DNA of 64,000 nucleotides from Callorhinchus milii (Eukaryota): contig NW_024704793.1 in assembly GCF_018977255.1 (NCBI RefSeq), positions 62,001 through 126,000 on the forward strand. The letters are read 5' to 3'. Below, piece by piece: positions 10,181 to 21,462 of this stretch. The first letter of the stretch is position 1; every line of letters starts with the position of its first letter. The position numbers were made by a program, and so were the translations under genes. Under the pieces are notes generated by a model that searched no databases, was not told the DNA's origin, and saw nothing but the letters and a program-made list of their open reading frames with translations.

Positions 10181-11384
10181 ATATTACTGTTTTTATAAAT
10201 ATAGCCACATTTTAAATTTAGGAACCCAATAATGTTGGTTAAGCTTTGACTGTCCTTGTGAGTAAGAAATTGTTATTCTACACAGCAAACCCTTGATTGT
10301 CTGTCTGTCTCTGTACAGTTGTATCTCACTTTCTGTTCTCTGAGCTGTAGAAGGATTTTCTTCGGCTCGAATTTGAATCTCTATGTCACATTTCAGCTGC
10401 GAAATGGATTAGTAAAGGGAGAGGTGTCTGTCCGGGTATCTGGTGTCAGTGACTCTGCACCGTCTGAGAAGCAGCTTAAAGTCACCATCTGATCAGTTTA
10501 AGTTTAGAAACACAGAAAATCAGACAGTGTCCCTGTGATCATGAAGTAATTCTAAACCATCACAGCCGAAAATATTTACTGTTCTTACACAGAGCAACAA
10601 GGTTTTAAAGTGCAAGGGGCATTGTGGCTTTTTGAAAAGCAGCTGGAATCGAAAATGTTGCTTAATCAATTAAATCTTAATTAAAATGTTGCTTTATTTT
10701 CTAAAATATACATTTAAATTGCCAATATCTATTTATTTCAAAATTATCCAAACATCCCAGTATTCCTACATTGTTACACAATCGTCTGAAAATTTACGAA
10801 TTGAGAGATTCTGGCTCTGACATTTTAAAAACAATGTATTCTGTTCAGATTGATTACAGAATAGCCACAGCCAGTTTCGCATCGGACGGCCACTTTGTTG
10901 GTGGTAAAATAGAATATTCCTGATTTGTCTGACTAATTGTGGATTACTGTTAATAACAGCTCTTTTAGGAAAAAAACAAAGATCGTGTAATACAACAAGA
11001 AGAACAACCACCTGCACATATATAGTGCCCTCCACGCAGGGAAGCTTCTCTGAGGGCTTCAAAATGGCAGAGACTGACTGGTAATGAATAGATTCGGTGG
11101 TTTACATGGGGAATGAAGGAGTTTAATCAGTGTGGTGCTCAGGAAAAGCCTCTCACAGGGAATCCTGTCTGACTTGTGGTTGTGATCAGTAGAACCTGCA
11201 GCAGCCGCTGGCCAAGCGCTAAAAGGAGACACAGATATTTAAAGCATATTTTCTTTGATCTGTGTCACATATCAGCTCTTAAATGGTTAAATAAAGACAT
11301 AGGTCTCTGTCCGGGGGTTTGATGTCAGAGAGGCTGCATTGACTAAGGAGCAAATTAGCTTTATATTCATGTTTCAGAATATAA

Positions 11385-11460
11385 TAACAATAATCCTTTC
11401 ATTTAATATAGCGCCTTCATACGTTTTCAAAGCCACTCAAAGCGCTTCACAGAATATGCT
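11385..11460 (-). mobile_element. SINE/L2 tail remnant
   Basis: Reverse complement of the tail (aagcgct...aaggcgctatattaaatgaaaggattattgttatt). Confidence 0.65.
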
Positions 11461-13203
11461 ATGAATGAATTGATTATATTTCTGGGTGTCCAAACAGCAG
11501 CCGTGGATTAACTCAATTATTATGATTGTCTTGAAGGATTTATTTCCCTGGAAAAGCAATCCGCCAATCCACGAACAAACTATTTACTGCTGGCTAAACA
11601 GAGGTGTTTGCGCATATCTGTGCAGTAAGGAAACTTGCCCCATGTTCAGCAATGAACCACAACAGCTCTGATGTCTGTGGGTCTGTTTCCCGCCCCGCGG
11701 CTGCCGTCTTGTCAGTTCTAAATACGTGGAATAAAACTAGAAACTAGTCTAACACTGGGAGTCCGTTGTATCTTTACTTTAAGATTTGGCAGAAGTGTAT
11801 AGTAACCTCAATTTACTTTGAATTCGGAATCCCTTTCTTCTTAAGAGACCTGGGAAACTCGTTTCAGGAATTGCACAGAATTGAAGAAACTATTCATAAT
11901 TCTGCACTGTTTACAATTTACCACAAATGGTCTCCTGACAGATTGACGGGAAGTGAATTTCTCGGCTTCTGGGAAGACATTGATGAAAACAAACCTTCGC
12001 AGCCTGAACCCTCACATCTCAAACACACAGTGTTTCCATGTAATAACCGACAGGTTACTCCTTATTCTCTTTCCCTCAGCCTAAAGCTCTCAGTTACCGC
12101 ACAGCAGTTCACACACTCTGCATTCACATCACACACGACTCATTTTACATTGTACAATGTATCTCACAGTGACAAATCGCTGCAGAACAAATAGTCAAAA
12201 TTAATAACTAACTCATGTATTTACAGTCAAATGATAAACTGTTCCCTTTCACCCTCATCTCTGCCGATTCTGGAGACTGAGCTGGCCATCACTAAAATCA
12301 TTAGTTTGTTGTCAGTGACCAGTGTCGCTGTGTGTTAAAATATCTAATAATGAACTGGATCTCTTACATTGCAGCCTGTAATTCACAGTTAACCGTTTGC
12401 TTATTGAACAAATCAGCGTTTTTTTTGGGCGCAGATCTGTTAGTATAAACAGGAAGCTTGTGGTTCAAGATGAGCACCGACATTTTGTGTCTCTGAGCAC
12501 TGTGCTGGAAGCGAGTTCATGTTCAAACAATTGTTGTTAAAATTCAATGGAAATAAAGTCTGAGCTCTGACTGCCACTGAATAAAATCGTGATTGATGTG
12601 TGGGGCAGCTGAGGAAATGAGACTTGGCAACACGTTAATGCCGACATTTGCTAAAATGAAAACCTTCACTATTACTTCTGTAACATCCGTGCAGTTTAAG
12701 TTGCTGTATAAACCCGCTTTACTCTCGGACTCATCCCTCTCTACCGGGTTGGAGGCAGAGATGGGGCGCTTCAAATCGCAGCCGCCTTCCTTACATTAAA
12801 TAACGGATTGACATATATGTTGAAAGAAAATCTTCCCGTCACCCTTCCCGCAACATTCAGACCTTGATCCCCAACACTGTGACACAGATTTAAACATTTT
12901 TATACCATTCCTGAGGATATTAAACCCGAAAACCAGCAGCCGCCAGTCATGGCGATCAGACATTGCAGAAATTATTCAGTGCAACCTCAGCTGTGCATTC
13001 AAATAACCATCAAAAATACCAGCAACGATGACTTCAACATCGGTTGCCTAATCCAAAGCAAACTAACAATGACAGCGAAAGCACTTTAAAGTACATTAAA
13101 CTCAGAAAGAGCTGAGTTCTTTAGATAGCTGATAAAGTGCAAGAAACAAATATAAAAATCTAATTCCGCCCCTTTAGTGATCGAGTGAATTTCTGTTTCT
13201 TAC

Positions 13204-13242
13204 CGTCAGTCACAGTCACCATAGTGCCTTGTCCCCAGGTGT
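13204..13242 (-). other. IGHJ: JH gene segment (short, 39 nt): AC ACC TGG GGA CAA GGC ACT ATG GTG ACT GTG ACT GAC G, encoding T-WGQGTMVTVTD
   Basis: WGxG motif and phase-1 donor GAC G|GTAAGA. The 5' boundary is set by the best-scoring RSS. Confidence 0.88.
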
Positions 13243-13281
13243 CACTGTACTACAATCTGTGGGCCGCCCAATGCAACAACC
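13243..13281 (+). promoter_or_regulatory. JH 23-RSS: CACTGTA - 23 bp - GCAACAACC
   Basis: Heptamer 13243-13249 keeps the CAC core; nonamer 13273-13281 matches 7/9 at exactly 23 bp. Confidence 0.7.
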
Positions 13282-13614
13282 TGCTCTGTGGGCAGAACAC
13301 ACAAACAGACGATTATGTCAACGTTGACTTCCCCAAAATAATTTCAATGCACGATATGTTTGCATTGTATTGTGAAAACAATTGCACTCCTGTACGTTTA
13401 CTTGTTAATAGTTTGTATTTTTGGCTTTTTGCAGAGTTTCTGCCAAACACCTTTTCTTGTCTCTCACAGATTGAAGAGGATATATTGTGTGATACGTCTA
13501 TTATGATCCGGTAAAACCCTCAGAAATAGGTACATTTTAAAAACACCAAACCCCTGCTATTTCATGGGACACACAAGCCAGGACCGAGAGCGGTTTACAG
13601 GTTTGCTATTGAAG

Positions 13615-13680
13615 GGTTATTGTATTGATAGTTAATGCCGTGATTCCAGTGTCACTGTGATACACACTATTACATAAACT
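13615..13680 (-). other. IGHD: DH2 segment (13643-13652, minus ACACTGGAAT) flanked by two 12-RSS
   Basis: Plus strand: GGTTATTGT-12-TGCCGTG-[D]-CACTGTG-12-ACATAAACT. Confidence 0.85.
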
Positions 13681-14000
13681 CCTGTAGAGAATGAAGTGAC
13701 AAAAACTGAGCTGAAATTTCAGTAGGAATGGAAACTCAACTCAACTTCTCCGGTGAGGCTTCTTCTAGTGTTCCATTTAGCATGTACTCCTATGTGGATC
13801 AGAGACTTTTGATTAATGTTCCATCAGGTTAATACGCCCCAGACCTCAATCGTGTTTGCAATCGAAATAATTCGGAATTCATGGGTTAATACATCGTTTA
13901 AATACAACGTTATTTCTGAGGCTGTTCCAGTTCCAGTGTCAGTTATATGGTTCATGTGGATGTTGTAGAGATGACAATGATTAGCAGCCTCTCTCTCTGG

Positions 14001-14078
14001 AGTTTTTGTATGAAGAGGTGTCTCCATGCAGCATTGTGACCCACTGTAGACACAGTGACTCAGTTCCATACAAATACT
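14001..14078 (-). other. IGHD: DH1 segment (14039-14050, minus TCTACAGTGGGT) with a V-side 12-RSS and a J-side 22-RSS
   Basis: Plus strand: AGTTTTTGT-22-CATTGTG-[D]-CACAGTG-12-ACAAATACT. Confidence 0.92.
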
Positions 14079-14491
14079 GACCACCATTTTTTGCTCAATA
14101 CTGGCTACCAAAATTCACTGCCAAAAGGGACTCTTCTCCCCTGGTATTACATATGGTCTATCCAATATTTTTTTTCCTAGACACAGAAACCGGAAACAAT
14201 TATCTCAGCACTTTGTAACAAAATGATGTATGTGAACCGTCACGTCGCCATTCTCCAATCGCAGTCCTTCCCGCCTCAAACAGCACACAGTGACTGACCA
14301 GCTGAATTCACAGAATATTACAACACCAACAAAGTGTTCATTCACCCCAATTAAACCACCATTCACTGCGTTGGTTCACAGTGATAAGAAATCAATTGAC
14401 AGCTTTTGCTTTAAACATCGCTACAGACACAGCATTGACACCATATCTGACCCTCAGTTTAGGGTGGGAGCGGCTGCCTTTCCTCCCATTG

Positions 14492-14530
14492 GGTATTTGT
14501 AGGAGTTCAGCCCCGTTTCCTCTCACTGTG
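14492..14530 (-). promoter_or_regulatory. VH 23-RSS: CACAGTG - 23 bp - ACAAATACC
   Basis: Perfect heptamer immediately after YYCARG; nonamer 8/9 at a 23-bp spacer. Confidence 0.95.
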
Positions 14531-14836
14531 ACCCTCTTGCACAGTAATAGATGGCGGTGTCGTTCACTCTCGGGCTTTTGATGATCAAATCGAAGATGTT
14601 TTTGGAATCCTCTTTGATGACAGTGACACGGTTTTCAATCCCAGGCGCGTAATTCTTGTTGGATGGATTCTTGTATTCAAGGAGCCATTCCAGCCCCTTC
14701 CCCGGAACCTGTCGGAACCAGGTCATCCAGCTGGTACTGAGATCAAACCCGCTGGTTTTGCAGGTCAGTCTCAGGGCCTGGCCAGGTTCCCCGGTTAGAG
14801 TCGGCGGCTGTGTCAGCACCACATCGGCCTGTACAC
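14531..14836 (-). CDS. IGHV: Germline (unjoined) VH exon
   Basis: Acceptor TTATTTACAG|GT. Reads RVQA-DVVLTQPPTLTGEPGQALRLTCKTSGFDLSTSWMTWFRQVPGKGLEWLLEY...DTAIYYCAR; the canonical Cys, Trp and Cys are present. Confidence 0.97.
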
Positions 14837-14952
14837 CTGTAAATAATAAATGACCGAAGATTAATGACTGTGAAATCTCCTTTCTCTGTGACATTGCAGA
14901 GAGAATAACACCGCCACAGGAACAGTGAGACTGTCAGTCTAATATAACTCAC

Positions 14953-14998
14953 GGGAGAAGACAGCCAGCAGCAGACTGAGAGAAATCAAGGAGCTCAT
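14953..14998 (-). CDS. IGHV: VH leader exon MSSLISLSLLLAVFS(R)
   Basis: 46-nt exon from the ATG to donor C|GTGAGT, phase 1, hydrophobic signal peptide, 116-nt intron. Confidence 0.92.
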
Positions 14999-15084
14999 GT
15001 TTCTGGGCACTTGGCAGAACTGAGACTTGAGCCGAATAACCGAGGGCCAGAGAGCTGCCGGACAGATGGCCTCAGTCCCCAGTG

Positions 15085-15165
15085 ACCGCTATATAACAAG
15101 GGGCAGTGGGGCAGGGGGTGGAGAATCGACCAATAACTGCAGGACTGAGGGGAGTCACGTGCCAC
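15085..15165 (-). promoter_or_regulatory. Putative VH promoter: TATA-like TATATA (15090-15095) and E-box CACGTG (15156-15161)
   Basis: Motifs lie ~90 and ~160 nt upstream of the leader ATG. No perfect octamer was seen nearby. Confidence 0.5.
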
Positions 15166-15845
15166 ATTCCCTCTGACTTACACAGATCAATAAATGTACC
15201 TGGACATTCGGCACTTACAGCAAATTAATATTAATATAAGTGTCAGAAGTATTAACCCTCGCACTGACTCTGAAGCATCGCAAATTGCTTCCTTCAACTT
15301 GTGTGCGCGCGTGTTTGAGGTTGTGTCGAGGAGGCGGTAAATTCAAAAGGAATCTTTTCAACATTATTTCAGTGAGCGAATGTTAAAAATAGGGAGATGA
15401 AGGAAGCCGAAACTACTGATTCTTCTAAAAGTAAATGAGATAGGTTACCTTTGGAAATAATATGTATTGAATCATTATATTGTTTGGGACATGACACGTG
15501 CATGCGACTACCAGATGGTGGTAGCGGACATTTTTTTCATTCTGTAATTCTTATTTTCTTATCCTCATATAATTTTCATAATTATTATAACAATTCATGC
15601 AATTCACATAATGCCTTCCCACGTCATTGCAAGGTGTCACGGTACTGCACAACATGGAGAGTAGTGTGCAGTGAGAGTTTATTGTGGGTAAAAATTTGTA
15701 TTGTAACTCAATTCAAATATTCATTATTTCCTATTGTTAGCGATGTTCTGAACTGCCGTAAATGATTGCTTCCTGCTTCTTGTAATCGATTCCTTACTTC
15801 ATCTCCGACATGGGCATCAAGATATAATAATAATAATAATAATGG

Positions 15846-16360
15846 TAATAATCCTCGTATCTGATACAGCCCCTGTTCACATCTGCTCGACGTTCAAAGC
15901 GCTTCATAGAATATATGCTTATGATTTCAAACCAGGCATGAAAAGTCTCCTTGGCGTTAGATGCCGAATAGCGATTGCTGCTGGTGGAATTGGTGCCCAA
16001 TGCAATGTCAGAGCAATCACATTCCTTCAGAACAAGAGGAGAAGAAAACTGGAACGATATTAAATGAAGGTTAAATCAGAAATGGTTTCATTGTCGCTGT
16101 GCCCAAACGCTGGTATCCCAGCAGCTTCCAGTTAACTGCGAGTGAGAGTTTAACAGGGATTGTCATCAGACACTGTGGTTGTGTTCCTGAATGTCTGAAG
16201 CTGATGTTGCAATTATCATATAGTCTGTTTCCGAGTAAACCGTCTAAAACTAGTTTCCCTTATACAAATAAAAGATGTAATAATCATATTAATAATGATA
16301 ATAATCCTCGTGTCTGATACAGTTCCTGTTCACATCTACTCGACGTTCAAAACGTTCATA
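15846..16360 (-). repeat. Two locally duplicated SINE/L2 tail remnants (15846-15908 and 16299-16360)
   Basis: Both read aataatcctcgt.tctgatacag..cctgttcacatct.ctcgacgttcaaa and share the same departures from the SINE consensus. Confidence 0.6.
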
Positions 16361-18782
16361 TTGCATTCGAAGTCGCCTGACCCGGGAGAGTGGACTTGAA
16401 TTAATGTCTGGGAACAACAGTCAGCATTGGGATCTCAGAGTCCGAATATGAACGCACCACTTGTTCTGGGTGTAATTCTCAGTGTTTGAGCTACTTGTTT
16501 GCTCGAGGAGTTTGTACATTTGTGGTTTGTAATTCTCTCTGGCACATTGCATAGTCACACAGGTAACATTCCTCAGTAGCAGAGTCCCGGCAGTAGATAT
16601 GTTCAAAATTCACAAAGGCTGTAAAATATAACATTCATCTGACTCCGATATTCAGTTCAACAAAATTAGAAACCAACATAGATAATTCCCAGTGAAAATC
16701 TTCCGTTCCACATTGAAATGCTGAACTGAAACAAACCGCTGCAGAGTTACATGAGCAGCCAACACTGATACCTGAATACTTTTTGGGGTACTGCATGTGG
16801 AACTGCAAACCGTCGGAAAGAGCTGCTATCTTCCAGCAAATCTGTCAAAATACAACATAAATCTCACACTCTAAGAAAGTATTCAGTGCAATGGCTCTTA
16901 ACTAAAGGGCACAGAACAGCTCCCGTGTGGCCTCCTTACGGAATACTCTCATGGACTGTGTAGCAAAATGTAAATCAGAATTTTCTAAAGCAATGTATCA
17001 ATGATTGTTATTCTAGACACCATTTCATGACATGACCAAGGTATCTACTTGCTGAATGTGAGGACAACCTTGGTGGTCAGTCACTCGGTGATGTGTTGGC
17101 GAAAAAGTGCGACATTCGACATATTTTGAAAACGACCAAAAAATTAATCATTTGAAAATGATAATAATTTAACACATTTGAAACCGATCATCCATTTATA
17201 TGTAATAAAGTGTGTTTCTCCATTCGTGTGTGCCGGGTTGATTGTAAGTCTGTCGCGCTCAAACGATAATATTGTTTCCTGTTACATTTGAGGATTTGAC
17301 AAGGTCGCTGGAGACTGCAATGGCTTCTGTGCAATTCTCTCTCAGTCCATTTCTCAGCTTTGTCTCCACGTATATTCTTGTTCTGGCTTATTGAGTTTCA
17401 GTTCATCCCTCTTCCCAGCGACCCAAATAAATAAGTCTATGGCCTTATTAGGCTGTTCATTTCAAAAAATGTGTAATTATACACAGTCTCAATGTGGGAA
17501 TAGTAACATGTGTTAGATTATTTGAACAGTGGACAATTAATACAGTGCAGTACATCGCTTGTGTAAGGTGGCAGAGATGTACAGCCTAATCGCCCAGATA
17601 ATAATGTGCAGTGCCTCTTACACTCAGCTTGTTATATCACTTTTATTGCCTGGCTGCCTTTGTCAACACATTTTATGCATCGCTTGTAGTATTTCCTGCA
17701 TTAAAAAAATAAATAAGAGGCGCTAACTTTACTTAGCAAACAATAGAAATGATGGAGAGTGTTCTGTCTCTTTATATTTTTGTATTGTTTCTGGTTTATT
17801 TTAGCAATTGCGATTCAAGACTTCGAGTTTACAGTAAATTATTGTATGTCCATGCGACAGAACAGTATATGTTCCAGAAAAGCACATTAGCGAAATGCTA
17901 AACAAGTTGCTACTTTTTATATCTAAAGTCTTCCGGCTGGAAAGTCGCTTCACACAGAATGATTCAAGCTGCCTGCAGGTGGGGCAGGAACTCAGAGCAC
18001 AATTGTCAGGAAGCAGCTGTGATCGTGTGCAGTCAGTCAGTGAGCAGCTTCCTGCTCTCACACCGTGGAGCAAACAGCCTGAACTTTCATACATTATTCC
18101 CCTTCACACCAACAGCAACATCAGCCACAGCAGCTGTTGGGACAAGTCAAGTAGCTGTGATGGGTAAATGAGAGACGGTAGAATTTTGAGTCAGATCAAC
18201 ACATAAATCATAAATTACATAAATCACTATTTGACAGTTTCCTTCACGTCTGTAGAATGTTTCTAAACACTTTGGATACTTTACTTTGAAATGTGGTAAA
18301 GTCCCCGCCATGAATCTTCTTTCAAGCCCTTTCCTGACTTACCTCTGCGATTTCCTTCAACCCCAGTGACCCCTCTGCTCCCTTTGCTCAGTGACAATCG
18401 CCTGTTAGATACACATCAGCTGCACTTATCCTCCACACCATCCGCCGGCGGTCACCAGGTGTAACTGCAGTGTGTCCGTCGATGCTCTGTGGCGCACAGT
18501 GCCACAGCGCCGTTTGATTCGAGGGCCACAATGTGAAACTACAGCCATAACAAAAAACTGTATATAACTGATAAACGATACGAGAAGCGCGGAAACAAAT
18601 CCGCACATGTCACTCGCAGGTGCAATAGCTTTCCGATGCGGTATACATCTTGTATGTACGTCAATAGGTTATAGGGATCCCTCTTGTAGAGCAGACAGAC
18701 ACCGTAGTTTAATTAGTACAACAAAGATAGGAAATAGATTGAGTTGCATTTGTGTTTTGAAATCCGCTTATGTAATTCCCAT

Positions 18783-18807
18783 NNNNNNNNNNNNNNNNNN
18801 NNNNNNN
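18783..18807. other. Assembly gap (25 N)
   Basis: N run. Confidence 1.
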
Positions 18808-19015
18808 CTGTTTGTGTGACAGTCTGGATACACAATTTTGTTGTGCCATATTCTGGAAAATGACAGGGCAGATCAATAGAAATGGGATTCCCCTGGTGTC
18901 GTGGCAGAGAATTCCCCAAAACCAAATTGGACCCTGACTTCACTGCAAATTGACTAACACATTCACCGACGTAACACACAGTCTCGTCATTTTACAAAAG
19001 CGTTGTACAAAAGCG

Positions 19016-19337
19016 TGGAGTCCTGTAGCTCAGTGGTTAGAGCACTCACTTTGGAAGCGAGAGACCTGAGTTCAATTCCAGGCATAGAGCGAAATCTTGG
19101 GCAAGTTTCCTTACTCCACACACCCAATAATAATCCCTCCAAAACCAAAAATACTAATAAATTGGTCATTTTCAATCTACGACTGTTTGTGGGATATTGC
19201 TGTGCGCAATTGGCTGCCGCGTTCGCCCACAAATATACAGTCAATTCACTTTACAGTGCGTTCTGTGAAGCGCTTTGGGACGTCCTCCCGACGTGAAAAG
19301 CGCTATAACAAATGCAAGGAATATTATTATTATTATT
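19016..19337 (+). mobile_element. Full-length SINE (same family)
   Basis: Head, core and tail are intact. Confidence 0.92.
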
Positions 19338-20563
19338 AAAATATCTGACGCATGTGGCCAAGTGGGTGAATTTATGCAGCCTGAAGCTATTTCCAAACTT
19401 CCACCTTCCGCTCCCTCTCTGCTGAAAATCCTCGTATGGCAGCAGCAGGAGCCGGCGGTTGGGAAGGCCCCAGTGTGGAGAGTGGAATAATACGGCCATT
19501 GCTTCAGTGTGTCAGGAAGGCAAACATTTCTCTTACCAGTCACATCCTTAGCCACCGCCACTCCTCCCGCTGCAGATAGTGATTGCCGCGCGGCTGATAA
19601 CGTGCAATATCAAACACGAGCATTGCTGGTGTCAATATAGTTATCTTTCACAATGACTCCTTGAATTTCCAATCTTTTGAAGAACAAGAGAACGAAAGAT
19701 GACACAGGGTTTTTTTTAAAAAAATTAGGTGATACTTCATTCAATGGCTGGTCAGGTGAATATGTGAAAAAGGACCGACAGAACGGGAAATAGGTATATT
19801 TCAGCTAAAAGTACAAATGTTTTTTCAGAGATAAATTCCAGGTTTCATTTATTACATAATTTGCTACAACAAGCGTAACGGCTGTCAATATTAATAATTA
19901 TCATTCTCAAGTGACCATTTCTTGAACACACCTCAAGAAAACACTGTTTTTTTACCTTTAAGATGAACTGAAAACCGGTACAAAAATGAATTCCACATTT
20001 TAGAAGCAAACTAGATCCTCCTCTCACCCAATATCCCAACGTAAACTGGTCAGCTTCGGCTGCTTCACCACTGATTCAAACATTTCTCTTTCTCTTTCTC
20101 CTTACATTTCTAAAATAATTAGGTTCATATGGCTGGCCAACAATTCAAATTTCACAATCAACTCTTATTTATACAATCCTTTGATTTGCTATTGCTCTCT
20201 TCTTTAGACTCTTGATTACTTGGTGCTTAAACACAATTTTCTGCATAACATTTATTATTTATTTGTTGTGAGATGACCTTGGGAGAACTGAGTTTTAAAG
20301 GAAGCTGGATGTTAGTTTATGCAGCAGTAACGAAGCCTTCTAAGCTGATTCATCTGTTAAAATTTGGAAACTGTTTCACAATATATTCTGCGAACCACTT
20401 TCAAATGGCTCAACGACGTGTTAGTGCACTATATATTAAATGCAACGAATGTTATTATTGCTCCAGACAGTTTGAAATAAATACCAATTCATCACCTGTC
20501 TTGATAAACTATGACTCTTTGCAAGGTTCCTCAAATTACTCCCAGAGTGGAAAATAATTCCCT

Positions 20564-21462
20564 TTATTTAACGCGCTTAAAGATCAGTTTAAAAGGATAG
20601 GTCACCAGATATTTCACATCCTCTCTGAACCGAGATTGCGTTAAAGCATAAATGACGGTGTTTGTGCAGCAACTCAAAGCCCTGAGCATGACTGTCACCT
20701 GTCGGACCACAAACGCTGGGTCTCTGTGACTTGTGTAGTAAAAATTATCTAAAGTCCGTATGAGTATGAACTCTAAAACGTACATCAACCACAATAGTAT
20801 GAAGCTGCCTGATATGGCGAAGAGTAAGATGATGGATCTCCTTCGGTTCTCCATTTCTGCATCATTACCGCTTTCACTCTTCTGGTTCAGGAGTTTTCTG
20901 CGTATTCTGTTGGCAAATACGATGTGTCTGACGGTCACTACGTTCATCAGCAAAATCAGGAAGAATGGAACAAAAGGGGATATGATGGTGTCAAACCAGT
21001 GAAAAGCAATCCATGTGGGTGACGTGTGATAAGCTGCTTTGAACTCGCAATACCAAGGCACTTTGTTTAGTATCTCCCAGGGCTCAAACATAAAGTACCA
21101 GGGAACAGCGGTGAAACAGCTCAGAGAAGAAATCACTCCTACAACAACCGCTGCTGTTCTCTCGGTGCAATATCTTGTATTCAGTTGCACACAAGAGATG
21201 GCGACCATGCGATCAAAGGTGAACGCCACCGTGAACCAGACTGACATGTGTGTCACCGCCGAAATCAACAACATTCTGAGCGAACAAAGTGGAGTGATGT
21301 CCAGAAATGTGCGATCGAAATAAAACGAATAGATTCTATTCAAAATCACATCGTTGATGGCGACCAGGAGATCGGCCACTGCCATGGCCACCAGGTAGCG
21401 GGTGATACATTTTGAGAGACCGCACTTTCCCCGAGACAGGACCACAATGACCAAGAGATTCG
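20564..21462 (-). CDS. GPCR-A exon 2: class A 7TM receptor, GPR139/GPR142-like family (TM1 end to C-terminus)
   Basis: Acceptor TCTTACAG|CG. Motifs NLLVIVVLSR..C.LS, YLVAMAVADLLV, AFTFDRMVAI, PWYC, RRRSIILLF, CCTNTVIY; ORF open to the stop. Confidence 0.92.

Noticed and set aside
12027-12065. Perfect CACAGTG in the J-C intron
   Set aside because: No nonamer at 12 or 23 bp.
16490-16565. Leader-exon-like stretch ending CACACAG|GTAAC upstream of VH
   Set aside because: No in-frame ATG and no downstream V exon on that strand.
17930-18050. Cys-containing peptide CRWGRNSEHNCQEAAVIVCS resembling an SRCR domain end
   Set aside because: The upstream SRCR motifs are missing and I found no supporting exon structure; too short to call without an HMM search.
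18485-18559. Cluster of heptamer-like motifs (CACAGTG, CACAGCG, CACAATG) near ACAAAAAAC as an orphan RSS or D segment
   Set aside because: The only nonamer-like sequence is 16 bp from the nearest heptamer, not 12 or 23, and no V or J coding sequence is adjacent.
19490-19600. MAVAKDVTG with a GTAAG donor as another GPCR exon
   Set aside because: The resemblance to AMAVAD is superficial; no TM1 or TM2 context in any frame.
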